Assembly (NCBI RefSeq): GCF_006345805.1 | Contig: NC_042999.1 | Coordinates: forward strand, 119,660,001 to 119,724,000 | Direction of reading: 5' to 3' | DNA length: 64,000 bases | DNA from: Octopus sinensis | Lineage: Eukaryota | Shown here: one piece after another, positions 11,851 to 22,480 of the stretch | Layout: every line of letters begins with the position of its first letter | How positions within the stretch are numbered: position 1 is the first letter of the stretch | Notes under the pieces: model-generated | What the model was told of the DNA's origin: nothing | Database searches by the model: none | Seen by the model: the letters and a program-made list of their open reading frames with translations, nothing else | Translations under genes and position numbers: made by a program

Positions 11851-12289
11851 GATTAGATCAATAATGAAAAGTAATGGAGTGAGTGAGCCACCCTGAAAAT
11901 ATCCCCTTGCAAATTTTTACATTTCTTAATGGTTCATTTCCACATTTTATACTTTCCATAATTTCCTCACTTTCTTCAAACAACTGTTAATATTTTCATT
12001 GACCCTGAGCGTCCTCAGGCACTTAAAGAGCCAACAGTTTGGAACATCACTGTAGGCTTTCTTGTTGTCTATCCAACCAGCAGCTAATTTCTTCTTTCTT
12101 ATTTGCATCATCACTTAATATCAAGTTGTTGATATGCAACAGATCGGCAGTTTCCCTTGATTTCTTTCTACATCCCTTTGCTCAGCTTCTCTGCTAATAG
12201 ATTTTTCCTTTTTCAGAAAGCTAAGCTATACACTTCATCTGTTGTAATAAGGTCAATTAATAATTTCTAGAGTAATGGTAAGCATGCAT

Positions 12290-12373
12290 GTACTACCACC
12301 ACCACTGCCGCTGCTGCCGCCACCACCATTGCTGCCATCGCCGCCACTGCTGCCATTGCCGCCACTGCTGCTG

Positions 12374-12445
<72 letters not shown>

Positions 12446-12459
12446 TTACTGCTGCTGCC

Positions 12460-12512
<53 letters not shown>
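12290..12512. repeat. (ACT)n and (GCC/GCT) trinucleotide tract
   Basis: Direct inspection. Confidence 0.95.
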
Positions 12513-12514
<2 letters not shown>

Positions 12515-12829
12515 TGGTATCCACCGTTTTATCATATGCTATTGTAAAGTTTGTGACCTTACACTGTTTATTTTGTTCTCTAAAATCATGTAATATATTT
12601 CCTTCTCTAGTGTGGTCAGTCTCCAATCATCTTAACAAATTAGTAGGCATGTGGCTCAGTAAAAGGAAGAGAAAATCTATGTCAATGAAGAGATTTAGTA
12701 GGTTGACAGAAAGATGGAATGATGAAATTACTCAAGGTCTTACTTGAAATGGACCTCAAAGTGGACAGAAACTAGAATGAGATAACAAACAAGCTAGTCT
12801 TGCTCAGATATGGACTGAAAGGAAATTAT

Positions 12830-14080
12830 CCCTGAAATGTTGAGCTGAGGTGGTTGAGCTTAATAACATGCTGCTTGACCATTTTACTTTACCTCAGTCC
12901 ATGTTTGGCCAAACTGGAGTGTTTAGTTTACTACTTTTGGTGGAAAAAACATGTTCAACTGGTCAAGTATTTCAACTGTTGCCAGCACTCTCTGAGATGT
13001 GAGCTTGCCATGCCATTATTGCTGATGTGCAGACATGTACTGCAGCAATTCCACTTACAGATTTTTCAGGATGATGAGCTGGTGTGGTCTCCTTTTTTGG
13101 AATACAACTTTCTGTTGCTCAGCTCTTAGGTGGAGCTGCAATCCCCAGTCAAGAAAAGATCAAGATTGGATGCCTAGAGTGTCATCAGATACTCCCTGCC
13201 CTCTACCAGTTGAGTAATGAAGTCACTGAAAGTTCCACATTAGCAGCACATTGAAATCTATTGGAGTGTAAAAGTGATGATGTTCTTGGGAAAACTTCAA
13301 GCATTGATGATGAACTAGCTGGTCTATTCTAGAGGACTTTCAAGTCTATTACTACCATGAATAACATCCAGAAATCTCAAGCCTGGCAGTGCTACCGAGG
13401 AGCACTTCTGGTTTGAGATAAACTCTACAAGCATGGAATCACTGCTACACAGGACTGTCTGGGGTGCATGCAGACTGACAAAACCATCCTCCACACACTC
13501 TTGTGGTGTGAGTATTGCTGACTTTGGAGTTATGGTGAACAACTGTTATCACAAGTGGGATGAATCTGACTATCATCTGAATCCATCACAGGGCCAGGCA
13601 GGCCTGGTTCCTCTATCTAGTGGCTTTGGAAAAAAAGAGGCTGAACAGTTTGAGGGAAGACATTCTTCTTCAGTTAAGCCCTTATTGACATTTTAAGTTC
13701 TGCTTGGAAAGGGAAGTGCTACCTTCCTGTGAATTCCTGAAAAGATTGGAGATTGTCGAAAAAATTGTGAGATAGAATGGACCTATGCTAAGAATGCACT
13801 TCTAGATTGGAGAACAACAGTTTGGAGAGGGTTCATGTCTTTGGTGGTCAAGGTAATTCTGGATCTGTGGGATCCCTTGATTGGCCTTTAGTTGAAGTTT
13901 CTCCTGTATCAGGAGGACTGCATAATTTATGTTATCACATACTTTGTATCTATGTATACTTCTACACATTTTACTATTTTTTCCATTTCTTCCTCCTTAT
14001 CTTTTATGTAAATCCTTAAACATCTTGTTGACTGTCCTTTTGATGTCCTCCTCATCTGTACCCCTGTGGCTAATAAAAGA
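12830..14080 (+). mobile_element. Degraded Tx1/L1-like LINE ORF2 C-terminus and 3' UTR
   Basis: ORF 12854-13129 (LECLVYYFWWKK...CCQH...LAMPLLLMCRH). At 13378-13509: QAWQCYRGALLV*DKLYKHG...CLGC...TILHTLLWC, a zf-RVT-like C-x2-C...H...C motif. Confidence 0.6.
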
Positions 14081-14524
14081 AATTATTATTATTACTATTA
14101 TTATAGTTGTAATCATCATCATCATCATCATCATCATTAGAAATCATTATTAACTCTTATATTGCATGTTAATTAAAAAAGTTACTTCAAATTTAATTGT
14201 TTAAAAATTGTTAGCACCAGAACATTCTTACATGTTATCCTAAGATCCAGAGTATTTTATTATGATTGTTCTCAAAATTTTCCTATTGTTATGAACAAAA
14301 TGATATTATAATACCATATTCTTTAAACATTCAACAATATTTTTATTATCTAAATTCTCATTAAAATTCTTTCTAAATTTACTAAGTGTTAACTTGAGAA
14401 CTTTCTCTGATTTAAATGTTTAATAATTATTCACTCAAAAATGTTCTTCCATATTGTCTTAAGAGTTTCTTTATTCTTGTAAATTCTTTTGTTTCTTTTT
14501 ATTACTCCTTATTTCACTGGTGTT

Positions 14525-14589
14525 TCTAGTTATAATGATGATAATAATAACAATAATAATAATAATAATAATAATAACAATAATAAAAC

Positions 14590-14653
<64 letters not shown>

Positions 14654-14676
14654 TAATAATAATAATAATAATAATA

Positions 14677-14710
<34 letters not shown>

Positions 14711-14720
14711 CATTGTCATC
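14525..14720. repeat. (AAT)n microsatellite
   Basis: Direct inspection. Confidence 0.95.
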
Positions 14721-14731
14721 ATTATTATAAA

Positions 14732-14896
14732 GGTGGTAGGCTGTCAGAATTGTTAGCATGAGTTCAAATTCCACCAGAGTTAACTCTGTCATCCTTTTGA
14801 GGTTGATAAAATAAGCACTAGTTGAACACTGAGGATAATATAATTAGTGTAAACTCCTTCCCTCACAGTTGCTGGCCTTGTGACGAAATTTGAAAC

Positions 14897-14900
<4 letters not shown>
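14732..14900 (+). mobile_element. SINE family B copy (internally deleted)
   Basis: aggtggtaggctgtcagaattgttagcatgagttcaaattccacc...gataaaataagcactag, followed by (ATT)n at 14900-14955. Confidence 0.7.
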
Positions 14901-14957
<57 letters not shown>

Positions 14958-14959
14958 AT

Positions 14960-15135
14960 TCTCTCTCTTTACTCTTTACTCTTTTGCTTGTTTCAGTCAT
15001 TTGACTGTGGCCATGCTGGAGCACCACCTTTAGTTGAGCAAATCGACCCCAGGACTTATTCTTTGTAAGCCTTGTACTTATTCTATCGGTGTCTTTTACT
15101 GAACTGCTAAGTTACGGGGACGTAAACACACCTAA
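14960..15135 (-). mobile_element. SINE family A 3' half, truncated by the Tigger remnant
   Basis: gtttcagtcatttgactgtggccatgctggagcacc...aagttacggggacgtaaacacacc. Confidence 0.75.
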
Positions 15136-15850
15136 TTAGCATCACCCTGTCCTTCTGTGCCTTAAATCCTGAGGCTCTGGCTTCGTCTTTCATGATATAC
15201 ATTCTGGAGGGTATCTTCTTCTGGAACAAGCCAGTCTCGTCCATATTGAAAGCCTGTCCATATTGAAAACCCTTGTCGTTGACAATCTCCCTGAAGATCT
15301 TGAGATACTTCTCAGCAGCTTTTTTGTTGGCTGATACTGTCTCTCCATGAAGGGAAGCACACTTTATTTTAAACGATTTCTGGAAATGGTCAAACCATCC
15401 CTTGCTGGTTTGAAGATCGTTGGGCTCCAGTGCTGTCAATGGTCTTGGTTGTGGTTCTCTGCTCTGTCTCCTCTGTCGAACTGCTGATATAATCTCTGCG
15501 CTTTCATGCAAATGATGTTAACACTTAAGGGGATGTTTTTCTTCTAACAGTCACTGATCCTCAATGCCAAGGCAGATTCCATCCTGACAAAGTGCGTATT
15601 TCTCACTATCGTTATCTTTTTGGCACTTTCACAGAAACTTACTGCTACGATAGTCCTGACTGCCACCTCATTCTTCTTTATGTAACATATGGTGCTTTCA
15701 TGGATAAGATAATAGCGACCTACTGCAGCGTAACTTTCACCTTCTTGGAACATATCCAGCAATTGTGCCTTCTCATGGAGCAGCATAACCTTTTTCTGAT
15801 GCTTAGGTTCACTGCCTTAGAAAGTGTAGGGCATTTGGATGGCATCCTAG
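15135..15850 (-). mobile_element. Tigger/pogo (TIGD1-like) transposase remnant
   Basis: ORF 15544-15786 has a CENP-B-type HTH (EKAQLLDMF...SYAAVGRYYLIHESTICYIKK). ORF 15107-15511 has TSKGWFDHFQK...GET..AN...AFNMDETGLF.KK.PSR.YI...GFKAQKDRV (first Asp of the DDE domain). No TIRs found. Confidence 0.85.
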
Positions 15851-16293
15851 GGCTTTAATAACATGCTGTAAGAAACAACTAAATACTAGAGATAACTACC
15901 TGACGCAGTTTTTTCCAAAAAACAAAACCTATAAAAAGTCTTCATTGCATCTAATATGTACATACCAACAATGGAAGATTGAGAAGATTAAAAATAATCA
16001 TGGTTTTGAAGAATTTAGTTTGTATTTCCACTCTATATAGTAATCTATACTAAAATAATAAGAGAGAGAGAGAGAGAGAGAGAAGGAAAGACAGAGAGAG
16101 AGAGGGGAAGAAAGAGAGAGAGAGGGGGACCAGCAAGTAACCTAATTACAATGTGACTACATTGGCTCACGACCTTAAAAAATATCCTGTTGAAATAAAC
16201 GTGTATGATTTTAAAAAAGTGGTGGTATAAAATTAACATTCAGTTTCGTGTTCTGTCATCCCTAGCCCCAGTAATACTTGCGTGATACACTGT

Positions 16294-16326
<33 letters not shown>

Positions 16327-16558
16327 ACACACACACATATATATATATATACATATATTTAAGTAGGTGAAGGAATTATCCTATGTTTATCGTCAGCATG
16401 GAAAATTCGTTTAACCGAAACCTGGGTAGCAAATTCACGTCAGAAACACGGTTGAAGCGACCTGTCAAGGGTAGAAACTCCGGGTTCCTGTGAAGAAATT
16501 TGTGTGTTGTATATGAATAAATGAAAGAATGGAGTCGAACGAAGATGTTAACAAAATT

Positions 16559-16652
16559 CCTTTACTCTCGACACATGTTTCGAAGACAGCATGTTTTCAT
16601 TCCAAAGGAATAAAGGGTGCATTATGCAATCTTCTCATCAGGAAAGAAAGGG
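16559..16652 (-). ncRNA. Type I hammerhead ribozyme (sense to the PLE ORF)
   Basis: Reverse complement of the 17789-17882 motif; CUGAUGA at 16641-16635, predicted GUC cleavage after position 16570. Confidence 0.8.
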
Positions 16653-16964
16653 AGCCTCTCTCGACAACAAGACAAACAAAAATTTCGATGATTGCCTACA
16701 TGGTAAACAAAGCGATAATGAGTGTTTAAAAAAAAAAAAACCGTTAGAAGAATTGACGTCAAAAATAGATAGTAGGAAGAGAAGGGATAAAGTAATAATA
16801 GGTAGGGAACAAGTGGAGAGGGAAGGGTACGTTGATTGAAAGAATGTTCGAAGGCTTAGGAAAGAATTTCTCTATAGAAGTGGGGTGGACGTAAAGCTAA
16901 TTGTTCAAACCACAGTGACTATCGTTATCATTTATATGAGTAGAAAGTGTGTTTCTGCCAGTGT

Positions 16965-17912
16965 TTACATTTGTATGATTTTTTTTATGAGTGTGTTTAC
17001 TAGGGGAACCTTAGAGAAAAGAATATGGAAGAGTTCAGAGTTACAAATGTTACAAAATTTCCTGCCCTTATCAAAAGGAAAGGATACAGACAGTATGAAC
17101 CAATCTAACTTGAAAATTATATTGTTGTCTTTAAGACGCCAAACTAATTTACTTAGCCCTGTACTATGTCGTTTATTACTATCCCTGAATGTTGAATAGT
17201 GGTTTGAAATTTTCTTGGATAACTGGGAAGTGGATGCTCCTATATAGAAGAAGACATCGGTACCGGAAGAAATTCTACACTGGTAAATAGAATTCTTAAT
17301 CTTAGAATTACTAGACAAAAATTTAATTCTGTTGGGGTTGTCCTCCGAGATCGAAACGAAGTTTTTATTGTTATGATTGTTGTTACTATTATTATTAGCG
17401 CTAACAACTACACTATTTCTATTATTATTAGTATTATTAATGGTATTACAACCAGTAATACCACCGACAATAATACCGTTATTGTTGTTACCATCAACAC
17501 TACCATTGTTATTAACACGACTAATACTATTATTAATATTATCATTGTTGACACTTTTGCTGCTACTAATGCTGTTACTATTAATACTTTTCCTATTATT
17601 ATGTTTGTATGATGGGTTGGAATTAGCAAGATTAGTGTTGGAACTCCCGGGTGAAGAATCTTTGTTTAGCAGCTTGGTATTGTGGGAAGATATAATTTGT
17701 GAAAGATTCCTAGTGTTAGAGAAAGCGATTCTGACCTTGTGGGAATTGATAATAGAATGATATCTAGAATTTCTGGGAAAGAGAGGCTCCCTTTCTTTCC
17801 TGATGAGAAGATTGCATAATGCATCCTTTATTCCTTTGGAATGAAAACATGCTGTCTTCGAAACATGTGTCGAGAGTAAAGGAATTTTGTTAACATCTTC
17901 GTTCGACTCCAT
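16965..17912 (-). CDS. GIY-YIG endonuclease of Penelope-like element (315 aa; N-terminal 44 aa from antisense pLTR; Asn-rich insert)
   Basis: NSIYQCRISS...FFYIG...KKISNHYSTF...HSTGLSKLVWRLKD...W.IL...GRKFCNICNSE...LVN. Removing one A from the A8 run at 16979-16986 gives the C-terminus KKSYKCKHWQK. Confidence 0.75.
   Translation of the reverse strand: MESNEDVNKIPLLSTHVSKTACFHSKGIKDALCNLLIRKEREPLFPRNSRYHSIINSHKVRIAFSNTRNLSQIISSHNTKLLNKDSSPGSSNTNLANSNPSYKHNNRKSINSNSISSSKSVNNDNINNSISRVNNNGSVDGNNNNGIIVGGITGCNTINNTNNNRNSVVVSANNNSNNNHNNKNFVSISEDNPNRIKFLSSNSKIKNSIYQCRISSGTDVFFYIGASTSQLSKKISNHYSTFRDSNKRHSTGLSKLVWRLKDNNIIFKLDWFILSVSFPFDKGRKFCNICNSELFHILFSKVPLVNTLIKKIIQM
17789..17882 (+). ncRNA. Type I hammerhead ribozyme (antisense to the PLE ORF)
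   Basis: Stem I ccctttctttc/gagag(t)aaagg; CUGAUGA 17800-17806; stem II gaagattgcat/atgctgtcttc with G10.1-C11.1; GAAA 17860-17863; stem III CA-UG-UG; GUC 17869-17871. Confidence 0.8.
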
Positions 17913-17925
17913 TCTTTCATTTATT

Positions 17926-17985
<60 letters not shown>

Positions 17986-18409
17986 CTTACTACATATATA
18001 TATATATATATACAATGAGAGGTTGGAGTTGTTAAGAGACAAAAACAGTGACAGAGGGGGAGAGTGTATGTGTGAAGTATAGATAGATGTCACAATATTA
18101 ATTAGCATGCATTGATTGAAAGCAGAAACAAGAGATACAAGATACCTAAAAAAAAAATCAAGTGACGTGATGCGTGGTTATTCTAATCAGAGGGAGCTTC
18201 AGTTGCGAAGGGGCATCCAGTAAGCTGGCAAATATGGTATATTATCATTAATAATTTGTGAAAAAATATATATTGCCACAAAAAAGCCATAAAAATCACG
18301 GACAATGTTTACGATTCCGTGAATATGTGGTGGTTTCCACGAACAATTATTATTTCTGTGAATAACTGGGAGTGCAAATGCAGAACCACAAATAAGTGGG
18401 GATCACATC

Positions 18410-18590
18410 TTTCTTCTTCTTCTTCTTCTTCTTCTTCTTCTTCTTCTTCTTCTTCTTCTTCTCTTCTTCTCTTCTTCTTCTTATTATTATATTATTATTA
18501 TTATATTATTATTATTATATTATTATTATTATTATATTATTATATTATTATTATTATTATTATTATTATCATCATTATTATTATTATTAT
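18410..18590. repeat. Compound (CTT)n-(ATT)n microsatellite
   Basis: Direct inspection. The ATT part is the tail of the adjacent R4/Dong copy. Confidence 0.95.
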
Positions 18591-19247
18591 TTTGTTTGAC
18601 TTTTGCCTAGCACTTGTACAAGTTGGCTCCAAGTCTCACCCAGAGACCTCAAGAGACAACAAATTAGAAGTTCATGTTGGTGATATGCCTAGGGTACCAT
18701 ATATTTGGTTTTGTACATAGTGTTTAAGAAACCATAAGAAAATTATGAGTTTTCTTTAAAATTTGAAATCATATAGTCAGTATTTTACTTCGGATATGGG
18801 CAGTTCCTATGAGCACTATCTTTTGAATTTCTGCCATTTTGGGGTTTCCTGGTATCGTGTCTGATCAAGGTAGGAATCAACCCCTTTTGCTATCATTCCT
18901 CGGGTACTTATGACAACAGGTATTGCTTTAGTCTTGAGGCTCCACATTTTGCCAATTTCTACTTCAAGATCTTTATACTTGCTCACTTTCTGGTAGGTCT
19001 TGACAGATACATTAATATCAATTGGGACAGTCATATCAATGAGCAGGCATGATTTTTACCTGATGTCTTTCAATATAATGTCTGGCCTATTCGCATCCAT
19101 ATTTCTGTCAGCTTGAATGGTGAAGTTCCAGAGGAGTGAGATGTGATCATTTTGAAGCACTGGAGGTGTTTTGTGTTCCCACCAGTTTTTATCATGGGGC
19201 AGGTCCATGTTTTTGCAAATTACCCAGTGAACATACTGTGCAGCTCT
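18590..19247 (-). mobile_element. R4/Dong-type 3' fragment D
   Basis: ORFs 19056-19352 (YVHWVICKNMDLPHDKNWWEHK...LLWNFTIQADR...NRPDIILKD) and 18816-19034 (KVSKYKDLEVEIGKMW). Confidence 0.85.
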
Positions 19248-19272
19248 ATTATTATTATTATTATTATTATTA

Positions 19273-19330
<58 letters not shown>

Positions 19331-19334
<4 letters not shown>

Positions 19335-19640
19335 TAGTCTTATTTTTATCATGTGCTTTCACTGCACTACCAAGGGTATGTACTGTGGTTTGTTGTACTG
19401 CTCTTATTTTCATTGTATTGAAAGTGTTTTATGTAGGATGTGTGCGGTGCCTAGTAGTGCTATTTTTTGTATGTTATATATACTTGTAAGTCTTGGTGTT
19501 TTTGTTATGCATTGTCTGAATGTTTAAAAAAAAAAATTTTTTTATCATACCTAATGGGTCTACAGTAATAGGAATTCGTACATTCAAGTTACCTCTATCT
19601 CCAGATCTTTGTATTTTGAAAGTTTCTCTATTTCTTTTAG
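19331..19640 (-). mobile_element. R4/Dong-type 3' terminal fragment E
   Basis: Minus strand encodes frameshifted IPITVDPLGMIKK...ALLGTAHIL.KTLSIQ, then a short UTR ending in (AAT)n at 19248-19330. Confidence 0.7.
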
Positions 19641-19819
19641 AGAAACATTGTCAGCCATTATCATCATCATCATTATGATGCTTTTGTTGTTGTGTTATTA
19701 TTGAGTTGTACCGATATAATTAAAATTTGTATTTTTTAAAAAGATTTTAAATGATTAAAATGTTTTCAGGTTGATGATGTTCTTTTCATGATGTGAGTTG
19801 TATCAATGAGAATAATTTT

Positions 19820-20397
19820 TTAAACACCTGATACTTTGGAGTTTCCTAGTGTTTGTTAATAAATTGATATTATCCACAAAGCTCTGATGATTACAGGTAC
19901 AGTGGCTGTTCGTAGATGCCACATTATTTTTGAAGCCTCTATTTTACAAAACTGATGTAGCCTGCAAGAATTGACATGTCTATGAGCAGACATGCTTTGT
20001 CTGGGTGAAATTTTGTCAATATTCTTGATCTGTTGGCATGAATAACTCAAATGGAGCAAACACTAAATCCCAAAGAATGATGATGCCATTTCGTTTTTCT
20101 TAAAATCCTAGCTATCTCCAATAGAGCAGATTTTTGGGTCTGCTCTGCCCTCATGTCAATTCCTATTTCTTCAGCATATTTCTTGAACCTGGTTGTTAGT
20201 GCTCCAAGTGCCCCTACAACTACTAGAATAGCAGTTACCCTCTGCATTGCCAACATTCTTGCAATATTATCTTTTAGCAAATTGTTTTTGTCCACCTTTC
20301 CCAGCTTTTTTGCTACCTATGCATGCATACTCAGGTATGGCAACATCTATGATTCTAGTTTCCTTTTTTCTTTTATCTACTTCAACAATTATTCTTA
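19820..20397 (-). mobile_element. R4/Dong-type 3' fragments F and G
   Basis: KIMWHLRTATVPVII (ORF 19856); VDKRKKETRIIDVAIP and VVVGALG...QKSALLEIARILRK (ORFs 20267, 20047). Confidence 0.75.
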
Positions 20398-21489
20398 CTA
20401 GCAAATCTACCCATCTACGATGGAGGCATAAAATGAAGGAAGGAAACCATGACAACAGTATATATTGAAAAATGTGTGAATGGATTTTAATATCAATATG
20501 ATTACAAAACTTCTTTGTAGACGATATTTTGGGTGTGGTCGATGCAAATTTTTGAATTACTGGAGTCCGTTGCTCTATCATAGCAATGTATAACTGGCCA
20601 TATGTAAACTTTGGAGTGGGCAAAAATATATCTACATGATCTAAAGTCTGGCCATGTGCCTTGTTTGCTATGAATAAGAAAGCTAGTTTTATAGGAAACT
20701 GCCTGCGTCTTAATTGGAGTGGAAACTGGTTATCGGTTGGTATAAGGGGTTTCCGCAGAATGAACAAGCATTTACCATTTTGAGAGCCACTTGCAATCAC
20801 TGCTTTGATAACACTGGAATTTAGTATCCTGTATGTAGTATCCTGTTCCAATGCATGTATCTAGTGACTGGATCAAAATTCTTAAGGAGCATTATCGGAC
20901 AGTTCTTTACCAATCTTATTTTATTTAATGGCTTGAAGTTCTTCAAGAAATCCTGTGGGTACTGGTGGTAGTTTACGTTATCTATTGTATCTGAACTACT
21001 GTTCTCTCAGAAAGTTGCTAATCATGTGCTCATTCACACTGTTTACCACTTCATTATTTGAGGTGATGACAGCTCATGAACACAGTCATGGTGTGATTTT
21101 GTAGTCTTCACTTAAATCATTAAAGATGAATTTGCATATTTTGGGAATAGATGATGCTTTGAGTACAAAATCTGGCCTAATTCGAATCACATTCCTCAGA
21201 GAACAAACATTGTCTGGAACTGATGTCGCTTAAATAGGTTGTCAAATTTGCATCTGAAGAATTTTGTATCCTCATGTTTTTCTTTAGACTCAACTACGTC
21301 ACAGACCTTCAGATGTACAATGTTTTCAAAGTGGCTTGCACTATTTGGGCTCGACTCCCATGTATAACAACAGGTAGAATCTGCTTCCAGTCACCTACAA
21401 AAAGCACACATACTCCTCCAAACAGGGATTTGTTTGCTGTAATATCGTGATATCGTGGGCAAGATTCCCAGTTTGATTCCAAGAAGTGA

Positions 21490-21490
<1 letters not shown>
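20398..21490 (-). mobile_element. Helitron remnant (Pif1-like helicase) with 3' terminus
   Basis: LFGGVCVLFVGDWKQILPVV (motif III); RRRQFPIKLAF...NKAHGQTLDHV...GQLYIAM (motifs V-VI). Minus-strand end ccatc-gta-gatgg hairpin, then CTAG at 20401-20398 followed by T. Confidence 0.85.
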
Positions 21491-21546
<56 letters not shown>

Positions 21547-21575
21547 TAATAATAATGATAATAATAATAATAATA

Positions 21576-21617
<42 letters not shown>

Positions 21618-21629
21618 CAACAACAACAT

Positions 21630-21775
21630 CGGAAAATACCTTATGAATGAAAACCCAGGTTTGAAATTTCCCCAAGAAAACCTGATGAAGGCTGGAGGGT
21701 ATATCAACTGAAACGTGTTAACAACAGACAAGATGAGGACAAATATCCGTCAAATGTAAATAATGTGAATAAAGT
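21630..21775 (+). mobile_element. Short PLE-like fragment with degenerate hammerhead core
   Basis: CTGATGA 21682-21688, imperfect stem II ggctg/caact, GAAAC 21710-21714; stem I not evident. Confidence 0.35.
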
Positions 21776-21777
21776 TT

Positions 21778-22065
21778 GTTTTAAAGATGATGAACAAACC
21801 ACCCATGTTTTCAGAGGTGAATTATTAAAATCTCAAAGAATTCCCCTCATCACATGGCTATGATACTCCCCCACTACTTCTGCCCGTGATCAGAGATCCA
21901 CATATCGGCAGCCGCTAAGGAACATGCTCAACTAGTTAAAGTCAAGTAACTAACAAGCAAATCTGTGCTATTAAGCCGAGTATTTGCTGTAGCTCATCTT
22001 TTATGCCAAGACAAAACATGTACATAACACTTCCAATAAGTTAAGGTCAGAAACCATGAAAGTCA
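21778..22065 (-). mobile_element. Unclassified ~540-bp element, copy 3 (partial)
   Basis: ttaaagatgatgaac...cacccatgtt...ccaataagttaaggtcagaaaccatga is colinear with copy 2. Confidence 0.7.
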
Positions 22066-22159
22066 CTTAATATTATTGTTGTTGTTGTCGTTGTCGTCAT
22101 CGTTGTTATGATGATGATGATCATCATCATCATCATCGTTATCGTATTTACTGCTGATC

Positions 22160-22480
22160 ATTTCTGATGGATGCCCAAGACTGGAATCTAGCAAGTTTTC
22201 AACTGCATAAAGAAATGTATGAGTCAGGTGTTTACACAAGCTCTGTCAGTATATCACGAAACATCTACACAAACACCTTATACATTCCTGTTAAATATTT
22301 TAGCCATAAGTTTAAAATTCTTATCTTGCTCTGATGCCTTCGACTAGTTTGGTTTTGCAGCATCTGGACTGCTTCTTTTGCTATGGTTTCTCATGATTAT
22401 TCAGATACTGTTGTAAAGATATAAAAGATTTAAGAAATATGAATAAAAGGATATAAATCTTCTGATACTTTATCATTCCA
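22160..22480 (+). mobile_element. Degraded R4/Dong-type zinc-knuckle/REL fragment
   Basis: IISDGCPRLESSKF...LHKLCQY and cagatactgttgtaaag (PD.VVK-like), frameshifted. Confidence 0.4.

Larger units (their letters stand above)
9560..12270 (-). mobile_element. Degraded R4/Dong-type element C (RT to REL), split by a hAT MITE
   Basis: Minus strand shows WIDNKKAYSDVP (about 12040-12075), RGIFQGGSLTPLLF (11870-11915), HLQYMDDLKLY (ORF 11011-11250) and the REL C-terminus (ORF 9576-9935). Many stops and frameshifts; may extend to about 12700. Confidence 0.8.
16510..17931 (-). mobile_element. 5'-truncated Penelope-like element (PLE) with inverted pseudo-LTRs
   Basis: Inverted repeats 16510-16660 and 17781-17931 (151 bp, single mismatch at 16617/17824) each carry a hammerhead core and enclose a GIY-YIG ORF. 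Inverted pLTRs and hammerheads are established PLE features. Confidence 0.85.

Noticed and set aside
16381-16500. Extra hammerhead next to the PLE (CTGACGA on minus, GAAAC-CTGG-GTA on plus)
   Set aside because: The two half-cores are on opposite strands and cannot form one ribozyme.
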